This document shows positions 1-12,495 of a stretch of DNA of 64,000 nt, in pieces. How positions within the stretch are numbered: position 1 is the first letter of the stretch; each line of letters opens with the position of its first letter. Location: assembly GCF_032444005.1 (NCBI RefSeq), contig NC_091289.1, positions 24,614,001 to 24,678,000 on the forward strand. The letters are read 5' to 3'. Position numbers and translations under genes: made by a program. The notes beneath the pieces were generated by a model. The model made no database searches. It was not told where the DNA came from and saw nothing but the letters and a program-made list of their open reading frames with translations. This stretch comes from Ranitomeya imitator. Taxonomy: Eukaryota.

Positions 1-535
1 CAAAAACTTGCAAAAAGTCATAAATTATGCAAAATTAATAATTTTTGCACCATGCTCCCTAAAAGCTGAATACGTAGGTTTGGAGAACAAGAAGGGTGCA
101 TGGACAACAACTTTTAGACAGATTTAGAAAACTTTACACCAGAAAATAGAATACATTTTGATGGAAAAATATGCACCTGTTCATAGGAGGATTAGACTTT
201 TTTTCTGACTTTAGGACAGTATTAAACTACGACAAATTCATTAAGTGGCACGTGCAAATTAATTCCAACCTTTTCAGAAGCATTTTTTGGGACAACTCAT
301 GCCCATGTGTCCTCTGCAGACAAAATGCAAAGCTAGCCATGGCCTCTTCTGTTAAAATCAATGGTTTCTTAGGGTTTCTGGCAATCCTGATCATGGTTGG
401 TGGCTGCTTTCTGGAAGTGGTTGTCTCGGTTGAGACAACATCCCAGAAGACCTAAACCCATTTAGAAGTCCACAGTGTTGGCCTTTACTAAATGGGGTTT
501 TCTAACTTTGGAGAACCCCTGTCCACCGGCTGCAG

Positions 536-566
<31 letters not shown>

Positions 567-1169
567 AAGCAAACAAATTTTCTTTACTCGCCCTCCTCGG
601 GTCCAATTCTTAGTCTCCACCACTGCTCCCAGTCTCTTTTATTGTCTGCAGCGCTGAAGTCACGTTGACTGTGCTGCAGCCAATAACTGACCTAAGCAGC
701 TCTGTCTGAGTTGATGCTATTAGCCCCTAAGAAACGCTGAGCTCAGTTGTTGATGTGATTTTAGCACTAAAGACAATAACAGACACCGGGAACAGCGGCA
801 GAGACTCTGCACTGGACCTAGGGAAGGCGAGTAAAGAACTAAAAAAAAAAAAAGTATGGAGGCAGTGGTTTTCCAAAACCAGAAAACTTCTTCTTAAATA
901 CTCCAATATCTTGGAGACTTACATACTGTTGGCCAAATGTTTGGTTGACCGCTATCTCTCCTGACTCTACCATACACATACACACTTGGCTGACCATTCA
1001 TGTGTTTTCAACGGGGAGAGTGACGTAAGCCGCTGACATATACATCTAGTGGAAGTTTATCTTCAAGGACAACAAAATGATTGTGAGTTGTAAATCAACA
1101 TGGACATTTGTTCTCTCTCTGGGAATCATCTGTTGGGAGAGAGCCGGTAGACCGTCAGATACATTAGAT

Positions 1170-1355
1170 CAGTGTTCCCCAACTCCAGTCCTCAAGAGCC
1201 ACCAACAGGTCATGTTTTCAAGATTTCCTTAGTATTACACAGGTGATAATTGCATTACCTGGAAAGGCAAGAATTCCATCACCTGTGCAATACTAAGGAA
1301 GTCCTGAAGACATGACCTGTTGATGGCTCTTGAGGACCGGAGTTGAGGAGCACTG
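1170..1355. mobile_element. hAT-type MITE, 186 bp, largely palindromic
   Basis: Ends CAGTGTTCCCCAACTCC / GGAGTTGAGGAGCACTG are inverted repeats extending inward; flanking 8-mers CATTAGAT / CTTTAGAT (7/8) fit an 8-bp hAT TSD. Confidence 0.75.
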
Positions 1356-1396
1356 CTTTAGATGGTTGACCAGACCAGGCCTGGTCTTATCGGTTG

Positions 1397-1732
1397 TAGG
1401 TACGGACTGGGGCTGAAATTTAGTCCTGGCATTTGAAATCACACAGGCCCATGTTGTCCCCGTCCCCAAGCAAAAGATGGGATATATTACTAATATTACC
1501 CTGGATGGAGGAAAGCAAGATTTACTACAAGACCAATATTTCTAATGATACCCGTGACCTGCTGGGGTAAGTGACGGAGTCAGTGACTTTTTGTGCTTCG
1601 TCACAACTCTTTAACAGTATGGGTGTCTTGAGAACACCCTTTTCTGCTAACAACATAGCAGACAAGGCAGCCCACGACCAGGCAGGCCCTTCTGGCATTT
1701 GCCCGAACTGTCAGATGGCCAGTCTGGCCCTG
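1397..1732. mobile_element. Non-autonomous hAT-type element
   Basis: Degenerate TIR TAGGTACGGACTGG vs reverse complement of right end CAGGGCCAGACTGG (10/14); flanking 8-mers ATCGGTTG / ATGGGTTG (7/8). Confidence 0.65.
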
Positions 1733-3052
1733 ATGGGTTGGTTCGTCTGACTATTCGCTAATTAGTATGGACGACATCACATTATTTTAGTTCTTAGCTC
1801 ATGTTTGCATTAAAGACCTACTGGTTAAAAGTGAAGTTAAAAAAAAATCTTTTTTGCATTTAAGGTCTTATTTTTGCGAGCTGAGAGTGCATTTAAGGTA
1901 TAACTTTTATGTGGCATGTGAAAGAGTCGTGAAGACAGGCTGGCGTTCTGCCTGCAATAGATGATAGCCTGACAAGAGAGAAAGCAGAAACCTATTTGGA
2001 AAAAAACAGATTTGAAGAATAAGATTGAACACTTCAACATTTCCCTCAACTTTTTTTTTAACCAGGGGACTGTTACAGCTTCAGAATGAGTGAGAGCAGA
2101 AACCCTGCTGATAATTGTATTGGATAGAGCTCTGTACAATGATCCTTCTCCCTTTGACGTCAATATTGTTTAATATATTTGCCCTCTCGGCCTTGTTCTC
2201 CTGCCCGGGGTGTGAAAATTGACCGCTTTAATCGTGAAAGGGATAAAAGAAAATTACAAGTGTCCAAGAGAAAGTGCTTGGGCCTGAACTGTAAAGGTCA
2301 TTTCTATTAATTTCTCATCTCTGAATAAACTGATTAATGGACAAGTGGATGGAACTCAATTGCTTAAAATAGCCAGCAGTCAGGGATGATGATGATGAAG
2401 AGGTGCCACACTGCACGAGCCGAGTGATTCCACAAGTGCAGCCTTTCTGCAAATGTCATCCATGGCAGAGAAGCATTTATACAGATTTTTCTTCGTGTTT
2501 TTCAAGGTAAATGTTAAAAAAAAATGACTTAAATTGTATCTGATGGTATCTTTAAGTTATATGAAACATAGTTATATTCTCTTCAATCCTAAAAACGACC
2601 TGACTTGCAAACCGTTACTGCTGCGTCCCGCAGGGCCACAAGGTGGCATTTTAACACAGATGCAGATTTCGGTAAAAGTATGTGAACAAATTGCTGCTGC
2701 AGTTAAATCGGCCAGACCATGGCATTGCTTGCTTACAGTTCAAATAACTTTTCTATTTTTTTCCTTAATCTAAATGACCTCTGTCAATTGGGGGAAGAAA
2801 GACACAGAACACGCAAATTTCATTAAAGCGCAAAATATCAAAATAGGACAAATACATCTTGTCATTTCCATAACTAGATTTTTTTCAAAATTGACCATAG
2901 ACTGTAGAGGGTGACCTTGCAAGAAAAGCAGTTGTGTCCCTTCCACTCTCCATATTTCAGAAACACAGTTATACCGTACATTTTTTATGATTTTTTTTCT
3001 ATTTTTTATTTTCCCTTTTTTATTTGTAATTTTCATGGAAAGATCAGATACA

Positions 3053-3327
3053 CATGTATCTTCTTTTTTTTTTGTTTTGTTTTGGACTAATGTCCATTTT
3101 CGATCCAAGTCATGGTTCAAATTTGCTGTTAACAATTAATGGGTCCACGAAAAAAGAACGGGCAACACATAAGGGCCATATCCATGTGTCCATTTTTTTC
3201 CCGTTAAATGGGTAAAAGAAACTTGGAATTTTTTTTCTGCATTCTGCAAAACTCATGTATCTTCTTCTTTTTTGTTTTGGACTAATGTTCATTTTCGATC
3301 CAAGTCATGGTTCAAAATTGCTGATAA
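3053..3327. repeat. ~75-bp direct repeat, two copies 201 bp apart
   Basis: CATGTATCTTC...GGACTAATGT(C/T)CATTTTCGATCCAAGTCATGGTTCAAA at 3053 and 3254. Confidence 0.8.
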
Positions 3328-4282
3328 TAAAGGTGACAATATTGTCTGTAAATATTGTCTGTAAAGCGCTATGGAATTAATAGCGCGAGATAAGTGAGTA
3401 AAATAAATACGCAGACCAAACATAGATAAAAATTAGATCCAGCAAACTGATAAAAAAATTTTTTTTTTCCTCATTCCCAAAAATCAAACGGATGTCTGAA
3501 ATGAGGTCTAAATTGCAAAGAAAAAAAAATAATCGCAATTCTTTTGCATTTAAATTCTTTTGCTTTTAGGGAACGTTCATTCACACTTACGATATACACT
3601 GCAAATTTTCCATTCTGATTTGTTGGCCAAAAATCTGCAGCATATTACAATAGTACAATGCAGGGGAAAAAAAACGGCGCGGAAATTGACCGGCGGTGCA
3701 GATTTTATGTATCCCAAGCTTGTCAAGTTATGCCATGAATTGGTCACCTTTCGCAATTCATTAAAATCTGCGTGGACTTTAACATTTTCGCTTTGGATAA
3801 TCCAAAATGCTGAACTGGATCTAAAAATGGTTTAGACCCCCACCCCACTTCAAAAAAAAAATCTCGCTTGTATATATTCATGGTAGAAAGAGTTAAGCGT
3901 GACTTTTTTGCATGAGCTCTGGATTTTGGGTTTATGATTTTTTTTTTTTCCACCTATTGGCTGCGTCTTGAGTGGGTGGAGAGCTTCAAGTCGCTTGGAG
4001 AGTTTTCTGCTCTGTAATGACCTAACTGATTTCCCTCTGTGCTGAAAGCCTGCAAAAGCCAGCATAAATGGCATTCTGTGGAAGAATGTTCCCCCACCGC
4101 TGGCTGCGTACCCCCCCACGGGCCCCAACTGGCGTTGTACTGTACTCTGCAGACATCACACTTTTCTCATTCGCGCGACATTGAGAATAAGGATTTGGTG
4201 CCACTTATCTTCAATTGTTGAGCATCCTTTCCTGTGCTAAAGTAACTCTGAAATGTAGCACTGACCCGTTTCATTTTTCCAG

Positions 4283-4287
4283 CTGGG
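4283..4287 (+). other. Candidate 5-nt micro-exon CTGGG (copy 1)
   Basis: Branch-like CTGAC (4261), pyrimidine tract CCCGTTTCATTTTTCCAG, exon CTGGG, donor GTAAGT. No transcript evidence. Confidence 0.4.
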
Positions 4288-5534
4288 GTAAGTCGAATGT
4301 TTTCACTTATAGCTAATACAAAGCTCTAACCGCAGGTCGTATGTTGATACTTACTTTGTACATTCTCATAAATTGCAAAGTCAGCGACAGAGCTCTGGCT
4401 TGTGCGCCTACTGCCTGACATTGTGCAGGTAAAACAAATGCTTTCTTTTTTTTTTAGTGGGATTGTTTTACAATCCTTTATACTTCAGGACACATTTTAG
4501 GCTTTAAATGCTCATTTGCTATTTTATTTTTCCAATCTGTGCAATAAAAAAAGAGCTCTCATCCCTTATTGCCAATCTGGAATTCCCGTTACCGAGACTC
4601 TCCAAATGCAGGATAATGGAGGACGGGCTCAGCTGTTGCCCAGAGGATTTGTGCGGACGCTGAAAGTTTTATCATAATAAAAAAAACACAAACCCAAAAC
4701 TAAAACTGCTGACAGCTGTACTCAATAATGTTATTTTTAGGGAGCACTGCTGTGTGAGAGTATTGGGGAAGATGGTCAACTTGTGTCAGCTGCAGGACAT
4801 ACACCAGAGGGTCATTCCTGACATTTTATGGCAACAGTTCATAGCTACGCCAGTTTATTTAAAGAGGCATGGCATCTCAAAATGGATGGTGCATCCTTTT
4901 GTGTGATGTATTTTGGTACTAAATAGACTAGGGCTCGTGTCTAAACAGCAGCACAGACATGGAGAGCAGCAGTTGCTAACGGCAACAAATCAGATCTCAT
5001 CTTTCATTTTCAAAGCAGCTCCAGAAATATGAAACGTGGAATCTGATTGGTTGCTATGGATGACTGCTCCCCACTATGTCAACACTGAGGCCTAACAGGT
5101 TTCTAGGCATAATAACCTAACTAATGGCTACCATTGCTAGTGTTTAACCATTTAAATGCTCTCTAGCATTACTGGATAATAATTCCAGCTCCTTGCGCAA
5201 CGTGACCATAGGTTACTACCATGGCAGTTGGAGGCCTAATATACCCGCCATCGCCACCATCTTGGGGCTCCTATGAATCCCAGATTCAAGTGTCCTAGAA
5301 GGGACTAAAAAAATAAATACTCAGAGTACAAAAATGTTTAAAAATATAAGTTTAATTCTCCCCCCCCCCCCCCTTCCTAATAAAAACATAGAAAATTTAA
5401 ATAAAAACGCGTATTTGGTATCTGTGAAAGTCCAATCTATCAAAATATAAAATTAATTACGGTAACCCATAACTTTCTGTGAGGAAAAAAAAATGAAAAG
5501 GCCTAGAATTGCTGTTTTTTTTGTATAAAAATGC

Positions 5535-5760
5535 AATAATAATTTTTATTTATATAGCGCCAACATATTCCGCAGGGCTTTACAAATTATAGAGGGGACT
5601 TGTACAGACAATAGACATTACAGCATAACAATAAACACAGATCAAAACAGATACCAAGAGGAATGAGGGCCCTGCTCGCAAGCTTACAAACTATGAGGGG
5701 AAAAAAGGGGAGACACGAGGTGCATGGTAACAATTGCTTTCATTGTTCGGACCAGCCATA
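5535..5760 (-). mobile_element. L2 LINE 3' end fragment
   Basis: Minus strand ends ...TGTAAAGCCCTGCGGAATATGTTGGCGCTATATAAATAAAAATTATTATT, the same tail type as the SINE and L2 copies at 58.8-61.5 kb. Confidence 0.6.
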
Positions 5761-6328
5761 GTGTAAACATTTAAAATATTATGAATTTTTTATATACTTT
5801 TTTGAACCACTGCAATATTAAAAGAAAAAAAAAACTATGTGAATTTGCTATCCCCATAATCGTATTGACCCGGAAAATCCTATTACAAAGTCATTTTTAT
5901 CTTCACTTTAACCCCTTCCCGACCTTTGACGCCACGTAGGCGTCATGAAAGTCGGTGCCATTCCGACCCATGACGCCTATGCGGCGTCATGGAAAGATCG
6001 CGTCCCTGCAGATCGGGTGAAAGGGTTAACTCCCATTTCACCCGATCTGCAGGGACAGGGGGAGTGGTAGTTTAGCCCAGGGGGGGTGGCTTCACCCCCT
6101 CGTGGCTACGATCGCTCTGATTGGCTGTTGAAAGTGAAACTGCCAATCAGAGCGATTTGTAATATTTCACCCATTATAACGGGTGAAATATTACAATCCA
6201 GCCATGGCCGATGCTGAAATATCATCGGCCATGGCTGGAAATACTAGCGTGCCCCCACCCCACCCCTCCGATCGCCCCCCCAGCCGTCCGATCTGGCCGG
6301 TACACTGCTCCGGCTCCCCTCCGTCCAG

Positions 6329-6564
6329 TGCTCCGCTCCCCCCCGTGCTCTTGTCCGCTCCCCCCGTGCTCCAATCACCCCCCCGTGCTCCAATCACCCC
6401 CCCTGCACTCCGATTTACCCCCCCGGTGCTCCGTTCCACCCCCCCGTGCTCCATTCCAGCCCCCCCGTGCTCCGTTCCACGCCCCCCGTGCTCCGTTCCA
6501 CCCCTCCCGCACTCCGATTCCCCCCCCCCGTGCTCCGATCCCCCCCCTGTGATCCCCCCCCACC
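6329..6564. repeat. C-rich degenerate tandem repeat (CCCCCCGTGCTCC core) inside the piggyBac-like element
   Basis: About 11 short units; explains the Pro-rich and Gly-rich ORFs in the track. Confidence 0.85.
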
Positions 6565-6819
6565 CCATCATACTTACCGATCCAGCCGGGGTCCCGTCCG
6601 TCTTCTCCCTGGGCGCCGCCATCTTCCAAAATGGCGGGCGCATACGCAGTGCGCCCGCCGAATCTGCCGGCCGGCAGATTCGTTCCAAAGTGCATTTTGA
6701 TCACTGAGATAGATTATATCTCAGTGATCAAAATAAAAAAAATAATAAATGACCCCCCCCCCCCTTTGTCACCCCCATAGGTAGGGACAATAAAAAAATA
6801 AAGAAATTTTTTTTTTTCC

Positions 6820-6961
6820 NNNNNNNNNNNNNNNNNNNNNNNNNNNNNNNNNNNNNNNNNNNNNNNNNNNNNNNNNNNNNNNNNNNNNNNNNNNNNNNNN
6901 NNNNNNNNNNNNNNNNNNNNNNNNNNNNNNNNNNNNNNNNNNNNNNNNNNNNNNNNNNNNN
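6820..6961. other. Assembly gap (142 N)
   Basis: Run of N. Confidence 1.
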
Positions 6962-7289
6962 CGTATTCTGGTCCTCTGCGGATTTTTCCGCTGCGGATTT
7001 GATAAATCCGCAGTGCTAAACCGCTGCGGATTTATGGCGGATTTACCGCGGTTTTTCTGCGCATTTCACTGCGGTTTTACAACTGCGATTTTCTATTTGA
7101 GCAGTTGTAAAACCGCTGCGGAATCCGCACAAAGAAGTGACATGCTGCGGAATGTAAACCCCTGCGTTTCCGTGCAGTTTTTCTGCAGCATGTGTACAGC
7201 GATTTTTGTTTCCCGTAGGTTTACATTGAACTGTAAACTCATGGGAAACTGCTGCGGATCCGCAGCGTTTTCCGCAGCGTGTGCACATA
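6962..7289. mobile_element. Harbinger-like MITE (partial, TGCGGA/TCCGCA-rich); right TIR split by the Tc1
   Basis: Ends CGTGTGCACATA, then the Tc1, then (TA)CCT TTA; same TIR family as 8910-9224. Left end lost in the gap. Confidence 0.6.
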
Positions 7290-8895
7290 CAGTGGGGCAA
7301 AAAAGTATTTAGTCAGTCAGCAATAGTGCAAGTTCCACCACTTAAAAAGATGAGAGGCGTCTGTAATTTACATCATAGGTAGACCTCAACTATGGGAGAC
7401 AAACTGAGAAAAAAAAATCCAGAAAATCACATTGTCTGTTTTTTTAACAATTTATTTGCATATTATGGTGGAAAATAAGTATTTGGTCAGAAACAAAATT
7501 TCATCTCAATACTTTGTAATATATCCTTTGTTGGCAATGACAGAGGTCAAACGTTTTCTGTGAGTCTTCACAAGGTTGCCACACACTGTTGTTGGTATGT
7601 TGGCCCATTCCTCCATGCAGATCTCCTCTAGAGCAGTGATGTTTTTGGCTTTTCGCTTGGCAACACGGACTTTCAACTCCCTCCAAAGGTTTTCTATAGG
7701 GTTGAGATCTGGAGACTGGCTAGGCCACTCCAGGACCTTGAAATGCTTCTTACGAAGCCACTCCTTCGTTGCCCTGGCGGTGTGCTTTGGATCATTGTCA
7801 TGTTGAAAGACCCAGCCACGTTTCATCTTCAATGCCCTTGCTGATGGAAGGAGGTTTGCACTCAAAATCTCACGATACATGGCCCCATTCGTTCTTTCAT
7901 GTACCCGGATCAGTCGTCCTGGCCCCTTTGCAGAGAAACAGCCCCAAAGCATGATGTTTCCACCACCATGCTTTACAGTAGGTATGGTGTTTGATGGATG
8001 CAACTCAGTATTCTTTTTCCTCCAAACACGACAAGTTGTGTTTCTACCAAACAGTTCCAGTTTGGTTTCATCAGACCATAGGACAGTCTCCCAAAACTCC
8101 TCTGGATCATCCAAATGCTCTCTAGCAAACTTCAGACGGGCCCGGACATGTACTGGCTTAAGCAGTGGGACATGTCTGGCACTGCAGGATCTGAGTCCAT
8201 GGTGGCGTAGTGTGTTACTTATGGTAGGCCTTGTTACATTGGTCCCAGCTCTCTGCAGTTCATTCACTAGGTTCCCCCGTGTGGTTCTGGGATTTTTGCT
8301 CACCGTTCTTGTGATCATTCTGACCCCACGGGGTGGGATTTTGCGTGGAGCCCCAGATCGAGGGAGATTATCAGTGGTCTTGTATGTCTTCCATTTTCTA
8401 ATTATTGCTCCCACTGTTGATTTCTTCACTCCAAGCTGGTTGGCTATTGCAGATTCAGTCTTCCCAGCCTGGTGCAGGGCTACAATTTTGTTTCTGGTGT
8501 CCTTTGACAGCTCTTTGGTCTTCACCATAGTGGAGTTTGGAGTCAGACTGTTTGAGGGTGTGCACAGGTGTCTTTTTATACTGATAACAAGTTTAAACAG
8601 GTGCCATTACTACAGGTAATGAGTGGAGGAAAGAGGAGACTCTTAAAGAAGAAGTTACAGGTCTGTGATAGCCAGAAATCTTGATTTTTTGTTTCTGACC
8701 AAATACTTATTTTCCACCATAATATGCAAATAAATTGTTAAAAAAACAGACAATGTGATTTTCTGATTTTTTTTTTCTCAGTTTGTCTCCCATAGTTGAG
8801 GTCTACCTATGATGTAAATTACAGACGCCTCTCATCTTTTTAAGTGGTGGAACTTGCACTATTGCTGACTGACTAAATACTTTTTTGCCCCACTG
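7290..8895 (-). mobile_element. Full-length Tc1 (IR/DR type) DNA transposon, 1606 bp
   Basis: TA on both sides (7288-89, 8896-97); ~209-bp nearly identical TIRs (7290-7498, 8687-8895); outer and inner direct repeats AAAA(A/T)AAGTATTT(A/G)GTCAG in each TIR; central transposase ORF. Confidence 0.97.
7506..8528 (-). CDS. Tc1-family DD34E transposase, 340 aa, uninterrupted
   Basis: Paired-like HTH N-terminus ([19 protein letters not shown]), GAPRK linker, [40 protein letters not shown]; 34 residues counted between second D and E. Confidence 0.96.
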   Translation of the reverse strand: MVKTKELSKDTRNKIVALHQAGKTESAIANQLGVKKSTVGAIIRKWKTYKTTDNLPRSGAPRKIPPRGVRMITRTVSKNPRTTRGNLVNELQRAGTNVTRPTISNTLRHHGLRSCSARHVPLLKPVHVRARLKFAREHLDDPEEFWETVLWSDETKLELFGRNTTCRVWRKKNTELHPSNTIPTVKHGGGNIMLWGCFSAKGPGRLIRVHERTNGAMYREILSANLLPSARALKMKRGWVFQHDNDPKHTARATKEWLRKKHFKVLEWPSQSPDLNPIENLWRELKVRVAKRKAKNITALEEICMEEWANIPTTVCGNLVKTHRKRLTSVIANKGYITKY

Positions 8896-8909
8896 TACCT
8901 TTAGAATTA

Positions 8910-9224
8910 GGCTATGTGCACACGGTGCGGATTTGGCTGCGGATTCGCAGCAGTACCATGTAAACATATGGAAACCAAATCCGCTGTGCAGAAAATACCA
9001 CGCGGAAACGCTGCGTTGTATTTTCCGCAGCATGTCAATTCTTTGTGCGGATTCCGCAGCGTTTTACACCTGTTCCTCAATAGGAATCCGCAGGTGAAAT
9101 CCGCACAAAAAACACTGGAAATCCGCGGAAAATCCGCAGGTAAAACGCAGTGCCTTTTACCCGCGGATTTTTCAAAAATGGTGCGAAAATATCTCACACG
9201 AATCCGCAACGTGGGCACATAGCC
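8910..9224. mobile_element. PIF/Harbinger-like MITE, 315 bp
   Basis: TIR GGCTATGTGCACACG / CGTGGGCACATAGCC (14/15); 3-bp TTA on both sides (8907-09, 9225-27). Confidence 0.75.
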
Positions 9225-9380
9225 TTAGGGTTAGGGTTGGAATTAGGGTTGTGGTTATGGTTAGGGGTGTGTTGGGGTTAGGGTTGTGGTTAGGGGTGTG
9301 TTGCGGTTAGGGTTGTGTTTAGGGTTATGGCTACAGTTGGGATTAGGGTTAGGGGTGTGTTGGGGTTAGTGTTGGAGGTA
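9225..9380 (+). repeat. Degenerate telomere-like (TTAGGG) tract inside the piggyBac-like element
   Basis: TTAGGGTTAGGGTTGGAATTAGGGTTGTGGTTATGGTTAGGGG... with several exact TTAGGG units. Confidence 0.85.
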
Positions 9381-9387
9381 GAATTGA

Positions 9388-12300
9388 GGGGTTACCACTG
9401 TTTAGGCACATCAGGGGTCTCCAAACGCAACATGGCGCCACCATTGATTCCAACCAATCTCGTATTCAAAAAGTCAAATGGTGCTCCCTCACTTCCGAGC
9501 CCTGACGTGTGCCCAAACAGTGGTTTACCCCCACATATGGGGTACCAGCATACTCAGGACAAACTGCGCAACAATTACTGGGGTCCAATTTCTCCTGTTA
9601 CCCTTGTGAATCAAAAAAAATGCTTGCTAAAACATAATTTTTGAGGAAAGAAAAATGATTTTTTATTTTCACGGCTCTGCGTTGTAAACGTCTGTGAAGC
9701 ACTTGGGGGTTCAAAGTGCTCACCACATATCTAGATAAGTTCCTTGGGGGGTCTAATTTCTAAAATGGGGTCACTTGTGGGGGTTTCTACTGTTTAGGCA
9801 CACCAGGGGCTCTGCAAACGCAACGTGACACCCGCAGACCATTCCATCAAAGTCTGCATTTCAAAAGTCACTACTTCCCTTCTGAGCCCCGACGTGTGCC
9901 CAAACAGTGGTTTACCCCCACTCATGGGGTATCAGCGTACTCAGGAGAAACTGGACAACAACTTTTGGGGTCCAATTTCTCCTGTAACCCTTGGGAAAAT
10001 AAAAAATTCTGGGCTAAATAATTATTTTTGAGGAAAGAAAACGTATTTATTATTTTCACGGCTCTGCATTATAAACTTCTATGAAGCACTTGGGGGTTCA
10101 AAGTGCTCACCACACATCTAGATAAGTTCCTTTCGGGGTCTAGTTTCCAAAATGGGGTCACTTGTGGGGGGTTTCTACTGTTTAGGCACATCAGGGGCTC
10201 TGCAAACGCAACGTGACGCCCGCAGAGCATTCCATCAAAGTCTGCATTTCAAAACGTCACTACTTCAATTCCAAGCCCCGGCATGTGCCCAAACAGTAGT
10301 TTACCCCCACATATGGGGTATCACCATACTCAGGAGAAACTGGACAACAAATATTGGGGTCAAATTTCTCCTGTTACCCTTGGGAAAATTAAAAAATTCT
10401 GGGCTAAATAATTATTTTTGAGGAAAGAAAACGTATTTATTATTTTCACGGCTCTGCATTATAAACTTCTATGAAGCGCTTGGGGGTTCAAAGTGCTCAC
10501 CACACATCTAGATAAGTTCCTTTCGGGGTCTAGTTTCCAAAATGCGGTCACTTGTGGGGAGTTTCTACTGGTAAGCCACATCAGGGGCTCTGCAAACGCA
10601 ACGTGACGCCCACAGAGCATTCCATCAAAGTCTGCATTTCAAAACGTCACTACTTCACTTCCGAGCCCCGGCATGTGCCCAAACAGTGATTTACCCCCAC
10701 ATATGGGGTATCAGCATACTCAGGAGAAACTGGACAACAACTTTTGGGGTCAAATTTCTCCTGTTACCCTTGGGAAAATAAAAAATTGCAGGCTAAAAGA
10801 TCATTTTTGAGAAAATAATTTTTTTTTTTTTCATGGCTCTGCGTTATAAACTTCTGTGAAGCACTTGGGGGTTCAAAGTCCTCACCACACATCTAGATTA
10901 GTTCCTTTGGGGGTCTAGTTTCCAAAATGGTGTCATTTCTGGGGGATCTCCAATGTTTAGGCACACAGGGGCTCTCCAAACGTGACATGGTGTCCGCTAA
11001 TGATTGGAGCTAATTTTCCATTTAAAAAGCCAAATGGCGTGCCATCCCTTCCGAGCCCTGCCGTGCGCCCAAACAGTGGTTTACCCCCACATATTGGGTA
11101 TCTGCGTACTCAGGACAAACAGGACAACAATATTTGGGGTCCAATTTCTCCTATTATCCTTGGCAAAATAGGAAATTCCAGGCTAAAAAATCATTTTTGA
11201 GGAAAGAAAAATTATTTTTTATTTTCATGGCTCTGCGTTATAAACTTCTGTGAAGCACCTGGGGGTTTAAAGTGCTCAATATGCATCTAGATAAGTTCCT
11301 TGGGGGGTCTAGTTTCCAAAATGGGGTCACTTGTGGGGGAGCTCCAATGTTTAGGCACACAGGGGCTCTCCAAACGCGACATGGTGTCCGCTAACAATTG
11401 GAGCTAATTTTCCATTCAAAAAGTCAAATGGCGCGCCTTCCCTTCCGAGCCCTGCCGAGTGCCCAAACAGTGGTTTACCCCCACATATGAGGTATCGACG
11501 TACTCGGGAGAAATTGCCCAACAAATTTTATGATCCATTTTACCCTACTGCCCATGTGAAAATGAAAAAATTGAGGCGAAAAGAATTTTTTTGTGAAAAA
11601 AAAGTACTTTTTCATTTTTACAGATCAATTTGTGAAGCACCTGAGGGTTTAAAGTGCTCACTAGGCATCTAAATAAGTTCCTTGGGGGGTCTAGTTTCCA
11701 AAATGGGGTCACTTGTGGGGGAGCGCCAATGTTTAGGCACACAGGAGCTCTCCAAACGCGACATGGTGTCCGCTAACGATGGAAATAATTTTTCATTCAA
11801 AAAGTCAAATGGCGCTCCTTCCCTTCCGAGCCTTACCATGTGCCCAAACAGTGGTTTACCCCCACATGTGAAGTATTGGTGTACTCAGGAGAAATTGCCC
11901 AACACATTTTAGGATCCATTTTATCCTGTTGCCCATGTGAAAATGAAAAAATTGAGGCTAAAAGAATTTTTTTGTGAAAAAAAAGTACTTTTTCATTTTT
12001 ACGGATTAATTTGTGAAGCACCTGGGGGTTCAAAGTGCTCACTATGCATCTAGATAAGTTCCTTGGGGCGTCTAGTTTCCAAAATGGGGTCACTTATGGG
12101 GGAGCTCCAATTTTTAGGCACACGGGGGCTCTCCAAACGTGACATGGTGTCCGCTAAAGAGTGGAGCCAATTTTTGATTAAAAAAGTCAAGTGGCGCTCC
12201 TTCCCTTCCAAGCCCTGCCGTGCGCCCAAACAGTGGTTTACCCCCACATATGAGGTATCAGCGTACTCAGGACAAATTGGACAACAACTTTCGTGGTTCA

Positions 12301-12495
12301 GTTTCTCCTTTTACCATTGGGAAAATAAAAAAATTGTTGCTAAAAGATAATTTTTGTGACTAAAAAGTTAAATGTTCATTTTTTCCTTCCATGTTGCTTC
12401 TGCTGCTGTGAAGCACCTGAAGGGTTAATAAACTTCTTGAATGTGGTTTTGAGTACCTTGAGGGGTGCAGTTTTTAGAATGGTGTCACTTTTGGG
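9388..12495. repeat. Internal tandem array, 8 units of 381-394 bp
   Basis: Marker CCCAAACAGT at 9512, 9899, 10288, 10678, 11068, 11462, 11843, 12225. Confidence 0.92.

Noticed and set aside
6183-6707. Overlapping Pro-rich and Gly-rich ORFs up to 174 aa
   Set aside because: By-product of the C-rich tandem repeat; open on both strands, no domain features.
7879-8619. 246-aa plus-strand ORF
   Set aside because: Antisense shadow of the Tc1 transposase.
9225-9380. True telomere or chromosome-fusion scar
   Set aside because: Short, degenerate, single orientation and enclosed within a transposon.
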